Source: Babesia bigemina
Lineage: Eukaryota
Direction: 5' to 3'
Length of the DNA: 64,000 nucleotides
Assembly (NCBI RefSeq): GCF_000981445.1
Contig: NC_027220.1
Span: 310,001-374,000, forward strand
Shown: positions 58,011 to 64,000 of the stretch, one piece after another
Position numbering within the stretch: the stretch's first letter is position 1
How the letters are laid out: each line of letters starts with the position of its first letter
Translations under genes and position numbers: made by a program
The notes under the pieces: model-generated
Database searches by the model: none
Seen by the model: only the letters and a program-made list of their open reading frames with translations
What the model was told of the DNA's origin: nothing

Positions 58011-59573
58011 ATGAAAAAAGCAGCGCTTCACACCCCTTGGGTGTTAGCGTTTACTATCGCACTGTCTGTTGTGGACGCTCTAGTTCTAGAGCTCAGGGTG
58101 GATGACGGTCCTCGTAAGGATGTTATATCGCCCATCTACTCCATGCCGGTCCTAGCGACGACGTCGGATCATGTGGATGTACCTACCTACGTGTTCGCGG
58201 TGGCAGAAGGAGGGAGCATAGAAGGAACTGTCAAGGTTGTATCAATAGAGGACTCGCCAGTTATGGTGTCTGCGGGAAATGAAACAAATGGTGGAATCAC
58301 CGGCACTCTCGGCGGATATTGGAATAGCGCAGTACAGCTCAGACAAAGAATAAAATCGTACAAAAACAACCGGGATCACTACAGTTGGCTGCAACTTATA
58401 TATAATCTTTTCAACTGGGCATTCGGTGGTGGTCGTGGGAAGGATGACAATAATGCGGTGAGCAGCGTCAGCAGAGATCCAACTCAGACGCTAGACAATG
58501 TATACATCGTTATAATCTCAAAATTGAAGTGGAATTTGTATGTTAAGGCACGTAGTGAATATGTAATGGAGCCTGCAAAAGGAAGCGACCAATTTATTGT
58601 CAGTGGCTATTTCGTAGCGGATATGCGCATACCCATACCAGCTGTGGGACAATCAGTGAATTTTACATACAAGGTGAAGTCAACTGATACGTTTGTTATT
58701 CTGTTGTTTAATGCTAACGAGAGCAAACTCATCATGGATGGCAAGATTACGCTCAAGAACCCGAACAACGATCATCTCTCCGTTGAAATGATGTATTACA
58801 GGGGCATTCTAGCGTTCTGGACGATATTATACGCCACTACTGGAATCTGTGCGTTGCTTTATTTGATATTTTGGTTGAGGGGAACTGCTAAAGGGCTGAA
58901 TTATATGTTGGCCCTAAACTTCGTATGCGTAGCCATATACCTGCAGCTGGATCGCCAACTAATACAGCTAATAGTTGACACCGGAACCTACCCAAACATT
59001 CTCTGGACTATGGCTCATCTGGTTAAAAGGGTGCACGAAAACTGTCTGTTGGCAACACTTGTACTGCTATCTTTGGGGTGGCAAATTATCCGTGAAAATC
59101 TCACTCCCACGGAATTCCGCACGGTTATAGCGGTAGCGGTGTTTGCCTGTGTCAATGAATTCTTCGAAATACTCGTCAACGGAACTGATGTGGCGCGTTT
59201 TGCCGTTGGCAGCGTGGTTTTCATCACAACCATAATAGCATTGAACATCAACCAACTCATCATAAGGGCAAGTATCACAGACGAATCTTTCAGCGAGCAG
59301 ACCGGAATTGCATACGGGCAACTTAAAGCGTACAATATATTCAAGGCCAGCATATTTGCCGGTGCATTCAAGCCGATCATATACTCCATGGTTAGAACCT
59401 TCTGCTTCAGATCGTCTACGGAGCAAATGTTCATCTGGGATGAGCATTTCATGCTGTTCATGGACCTTATGTTCGACTACGCGTTATATTGCACCTACTT
59501 CGGAGCGTTCATGCTAATATCGCAACCACCGCTATTTAAACATATCTTCACTCAGTGTTCCGAGTTGCACTGA
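58011..59573 (+). CDS. GOST/LUSTR-type seven-TM protein (GPR107/TMEM87/GPR180-like)
   Basis: Signal peptide from ATG 58011, a luminal beta-rich domain ending LKNPNNDHLSVE, about 7 TM helices and the LLSLGWQIIRENL motif. Confidence 0.75.
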   Translation: MKKAALHTPWVLAFTIALSVVDALVLELRVDDGPRKDVISPIYSMPVLATTSDHVDVPTYVFAVAEGGSIEGTVKVVSIEDSPVMVSAGNETNGGITGTLGGYWNSAVQLRQRIKSYKNNRDHYSWLQLIYNLFNWAFGGGRGKDDNNAVSSVSRDPTQTLDNVYIVIISKLKWNLYVKARSEYVMEPAKGSDQFIVSGYFVADMRIPIPAVGQSVNFTYKVKSTDTFVILLFNANESKLIMDGKITLKNPNNDHLSVEMMYYRGILAFWTILYATTGICALLYLIFWLRGTAKGLNYMLALNFVCVAIYLQLDRQLIQLIVDTGTYPNILWTMAHLVKRVHENCLLATLVLLSLGWQIIRENLTPTEFRTVIAVAVFACVNEFFEILVNGTDVARFAVGSVVFITTIIALNINQLIIRASITDESFSEQTGIAYGQLKAYNIFKASIFAGAFKPIIYSMVRTFCFRSSTEQMFIWDEHFMLFMDLMFDYALYCTYFGAFMLISQPPLFKHIFTQCSELH

Positions 59574-60539
59574 AACATTAATAAATAATATATATTTGCT
59601 TTTGCTTACACAGTGCGTGCATCACGAGTTAGTAGGCCGTATCCTGCTTCGGTGGTAAGTGGGTGCAAACTGGTATGCTTTTATACCCGACTCTTAATGT
59701 TGACACTGCTTCGACATCGGGCATGGCATGGTTACGATAGTCTAAGACATTACATTAGTGAAGTGAACGCTGGCATACGCTGATGTGGCACTGTTCGTAA
59801 GTAAAATACATAACAAGGCAATACATTACTTCGTTAATGCAATAATTATTTTTACGCCTCAAGTTAAACCATAGGTTCATTGTCGAAGTAGTAGACGCCG
59901 TAGAGCGAATTGGTTGGCCTTTCGTGTGTAAGGCCTTCATATATATATTAAGTGAGACGTCTTTGTGTTACGGAGATGTGATCGTATGAGGAGTATGCCC
60001 AGACAGTGTAACAGCGCGTTAGCTATAGAAAGCGTTGTTCTATATTGTTGCCTAATGAAGTTCAAGGGGAAGCGAGGGCGGAGTACTTGTAGAAAGTGTC
60101 AATACAGGTCATACAGTTTGCGATAGGCTGACCGTTGACCACGGCTTCCGAAGTTTAGAAGATATAGGAACACGTGAGTGGAGGCTTCGATATACCCTCC
60201 GGTGGCATTAATCTGTGAAAAGTGAGTAGGTGCGTGGCCATGGATAGAAATGGAAGAGATGCCAATCCGGAGTCCAAGGATGGCATCGATGTCAGCGTAG
60301 CCGAGGTTAGCCAAGTTGGGGAAACAGTCATGTGGAGTGTAAAGGGGGAGATTTATATTAGAAAACATTGGATACGGTTTCTACCGACATTAACGAGTCT
60401 TCGTCGACTGCGGCTTTTCTTACAAATGTTTCTACAATTTGAAACATCAAACTCACGTGACAGGACGAAATTTAATAAGTCCCTGATCACCCGTGTGTTT
60501 AGCAACGTTGATCTGCGATATGATATCAAGTTTTCACTT

Positions 60540-62268
60540 TCACCGCACGTCCGTCCCAGGATATTGCCATGACCGTTTTTCTGCATCTCCGGTGCGCATT
60601 AATTGTAGGATATCTTCTGTTGAACTAAGCAACTCATCATCGCTATATGACGTTCGCCTTTCTTCTATTGGAAGTTCTAGAGGGTCTATTGCAACTTCTG
60701 TGGCTTCGGGCTTCGCCGCAGGCTCGTCTGGCAACTTTAATATAGGTTGTTCCGCTAACGTTTTCAAACTTTTCATTTCCTGCCTTACTTCCCTTTCCTT
60801 CCATTCCACAACATTTTTCTGTTCAACAGTTTTCTTATCCTCCTTATACGTGGCAAACAGAGCGCCATAGCAAGCTATGTTGAGCAATGAACCTATCACG
60901 ATCATGTACATGGTCGACTTCCTTAGCGCTTCGGTGTTGTTGTCTTTCAGCGCCGCGTCCATGTCATCAATTGCCTGTTTAGACGGGGCGTAACCATGCA
61001 GCTTCTCCGACACGTACGCGAAGATCTCGACGAAACTGACGCTAATCGAGATACCCGATATGCACTGGATGATGGCGGATGCGCTAGCTTGGTACTTGTC
61101 CTCGATTACTTTCCTCATAATGGGTCTATCTACGCCGCCAACCGTGACCAAAGTAGCTCCGAGGACCGCAAACTCTATGTAATGATACCACATCAGACGT
61201 CCATCTGGCGCCGGTGACACGAAGAACAACACACAAACGATTAATCGCACACCCATCACAACGATACCGGCAATAAGCTCACCATAATCTTTGTGCATGC
61301 TTGTAATCTTTTCGATAACTATTCCTCCAGCCGCAGTCCCCGCTGCGCCGCCAATCGTAGTGACCACTATGGCAATACCCACCTTCAGGTCAGACACTCC
61401 GAGGTATTCCAGGTACGTAATCATGTACGGTAGGGTGCACATTGGGGCCTCCGCGATCAACATCGTAAATATACACAGAAATGCTGACCAATTCGTAAAA
61501 ACCGCTTTAAAGGCGCCAGATATTTGCTGGACGACACCCATCATGGAATTATACGGCGATATGAGTTCCTTCGGAGTTGTCATTACAAATATGATCGCTA
61601 TTCCAATAGAAATCCACACGTAACCCAAGACAATGTATGAAACGCGCCAGCCGATGAACCCCAGCAGGATGTTTTGAGCAGCCTCCGTCGTTATTGCAGC
61701 ACACAGCATACGGCCGATGCAATTCAGCGCATGAAGACGGGTGAACGCGCTGCTGCTACTGTTGCGATCATCATCCTCATCTTTATCCGAAATAATCTTT
61801 TGCTGAACTGGATAGATGCAGCCAAACGCGGCACCGTGTAAGAAGCGTAAGAAAAGAATCTAACGACGTATGATTAGTGCAACAGTTGCAACCTACCGAC
61901 GAGAAGCGTGACGTGGTGCTTAGCAGAATTGAGGCGATACCCATGAATAACAACCCAGCAGACATCACCAGATTAGTCTCAAACGCGTCCGCCAGCAACC
62001 CCCAAACAAGTGAGAAGCACAACCTAGACATGATTGACACGGTCATCAGCATCGTCTGCTGCTGCTTGGAGAAACCCATGGTGGACTCGAAGAGCCTCAT
62101 GCACAAGTACAACACCTGCTGCTCGTACCCCTCCGTGAAAGATACTAGGTGGTACAACACCTGACCAAAGGCACCATAGTCTTCAGTTTGTTTCGTTGCA
62201 TCTTGTTTTGCAGCTTCCAATTCCACTTCTGAAGACGATTTAGGTGGTGAAAGCTGTGGTTCAGACAT
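60540..62268 (-). CDS. Major facilitator superfamily transporter, 2 exons
   Basis: Intron 61860-61896 joins the two ORFs. WGLLADAF, FLRFLHGAAFG and GWRVSY motifs; about 12 TM segments. Confidence 0.9.
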
Positions 62269-63266
62269 TGCTATCCCCTAACATTGGTTCAGTAACCGAT
62301 TAATGACTTAAAAATCATGAACGCCTGAAGACGCGTAACATATGGATAAGAATGTGAACTACATTAGATAACATGTATGGCATTATATTTCATAGCGGAT
62401 CAGTGCGATATAATGGCTCGGAATGGGATTAAGGGCAACATCACATGTGACCTGTAATCACATCCTGATCAACGACATCATGTACACATTACCTTGCACC
62501 ACATAACAACACATAGACATTCACCTAAGGCTTATGGAAATACAGAAGGCATTTTAAATCGTGAATAAGGAAAATGAAAGGATAACTACTTATGAAAAGT
62601 ATGCGGAATCCCAGTCTTATAACCACTCCGTTTGACGTCACAAAAATACATTTATCCCCACTGTCAAAACGTTTCAACTGGAAATGTCCGTGGCCAATGA
62701 ATCTCTTAAGCTATTATATTACTGTATCTGGTAAACGAATCGGTGCGGCTGGAAGGTCGGCTCCGGCATCTCGATGAGTGCTGCGATAGGTAGGCATGTG
62801 GAGATGGGCGATTCATTGCAGACTTAGTGAGCGCCACGAACTCGTGATTAGTCAGCGGCACTTTCAACAGTTGAGAAGTTGCAGAGATGCGCTGGGCATC
62901 AGCCATTGTGGTATTTCAGGCGATCTAGTAAATTTGTTGCATCCACCTGATACGGCCTAAAGCGGCGCACATCGTGGTTTTAAAATGCGGGTCTCCAGAA
63001 TGCCCGTTGGGTGTACGGGCACTGAAGCATGTGACCTTGGAACAAGAATACGCCAGCTTGCGTTTTCAATACAAATCGTGTTACGCCAAGAACAGTGTAT
63101 GCCTTTAATGCGGCAAAAACGTAGTAGACGAAGATCGTATCCACAATTCTGGTCATCACCACATTTCATATATAAAAAATGCCCGTGATAATTCGTGATG
63201 CCAGCTGACTGGGAAACTGGGGTCAGCACGTGTATTGAACTGCTTCTACATCTCCTCCTATAACGC

Positions 63267-64000
63267 TCAATAGAAAGCCCAAAACCCGGCGATGTCGTAA
63301 ATTATTTCCAAGACATCCTTATCCACCTCGCTCAACGCCCGAGACATAAATGATACGGTAATATTACAGCGCCTTTTCGACCTCCTGTAACCAACGGCTC
63401 GCAATACCGTTTTCAAACGCCTCCTTGCCTTCTCATTTGCCTCGTTCTGAAGTGCGAGTCTGGTTACATACTTCAAGGAACGTAGTCCTGCGTACAACAT
63501 TGGTGCGATCCCAACGAGGACCACTGCACATGCTTCTGGGTCTTCTGCGCATGATGCCTCCCAAGTCGCGTCTGAACTGTAAGCAGACTTATATTGATCG
63601 GGGATTTTCATATGCTTCATGAACCTGTCACAACCGTACACAACGCGGCCTAAGTACAATCCCATGGCGTAAGGCTCCAAATGATTCTGCTGCACGATGT
63701 TGCAGCAATCGCTTTCTTGCCCATAAAAGAGCCGAAAGACAATTCCACTTCTGTTCATTGGTTCCTCAAATATCCTCAGTAATCCTTTCACGAATAGCTG
63801 TTTTTGAATAGGTTTGCGCTCCAGGAACTCTTTAGTGATAAGTTTAACCTCTTCGAGAGCTGGCAGCTCCATCTTGCCCACGGGCTTGTCCACGAGGAAT
63901 TTGTGAAGTGCCGCACCCATAGCCTTCAGGTGCCTTTCAGCATCACTTCCCCTCAGAGCTATCAGCCAGTCAATGCACTCCTTGAGATCGTGAGGAGCTT
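63267..64000 (-). CDS. Second short ves-related family member; 5' end runs off the window
   Basis: Frame is open to the window edge: APHDLKECIDWLIALRG...KFLVDKPVG...LPALE...KIPDQYKSAYSSDATWEASCAEDPEACA...VGIAPMLYAG...DIAGFWAFY*. Collinear with the 21595-22443 gene. Confidence 0.88.
   Translation of the reverse strand, partial: APHDLKECIDWLIALRGSDAERHLKAMGAALHKFLVDKPVGKMELPALEEVKLITKEFLERKPIQKQLFVKGLLRIFEEPMNRSGIVFRLFYGQESDCCNIVQQNHLEPYAMGLYLGRVVYGCDRFMKHMKIPDQYKSAYSSDATWEASCAEDPEACAVVLVGIAPMLYAGLRSLKYVTRLALQNEANEKARRRLKTVLRAVGYRRSKRRCNITVSFMSRALSEVDKDVLEIIYDIAGFWAFY

Noticed and set aside
60222..60572. 116-aa plus-strand ORF downstream of the MFS gene
   Set aside because: GTG start, overlaps the MFS stop region, and has no motif.
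62800..62905. EMGDSLQT and RSCRDALGIS peptides faintly echoing the retroelement tail, downstream of the second ves-like gene
   Set aside because: The core YVMTWEG motif is absent and the similarity is within chance. Worth rechecking only with a family profile.

Overview
Gene-dense eukaryotic DNA from a piroplasmid apicomplexan. Babesia is inferred from the 35-45 nt GT-AG introns, the apicoplast-type leader peptides, the fused 6PGL-G6PD and the ves-related genes; the short ves-like family ending in WAFY resembles what I recall from B. caballi, but the species is not proven. The window holds about 25 protein genes, many split across several ORF-track entries by short introns. In order: AspRS (3' part), apicoplast-type CDC48, PMS1, a 1630-aa probable Sec39/NBAS-like protein, USP7, a ves-like gene, UBC9, an ApiAT-type transporter, GINS Psf3, a PlsC acyltransferase, RTRAF/hCLE, a leader-bearing SET methyltransferase, two hypotheticals, a DONSON-like protein with BRCT-like C-terminus, a helical-repeat protein, TFIIE-beta, GluPho, VMA21, GET4, CPSF3, a YGR210-type GTPase, HSP20, a GOST 7TM protein, an MFS transporter and a second, partial ves-like gene. 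The most interesting signals are: (1) two decayed copies of the C-terminal endonuclease end of a non-LTR retrotransposon (YV[M/I]TWEG[I/V]V), one directly downstream of a ves-like gene, in a lineage generally considered poor in transposons; (2) an apparent DONSON + BRCT fusion; (3) a divergent Sec39/NBAS candidate; (4) an unusually long, structured UBC9 intron; (5) several convergent gene pairs with stop codons 0-16 bp apart. All family assignments come from motif recognition by eye, not from database searches.
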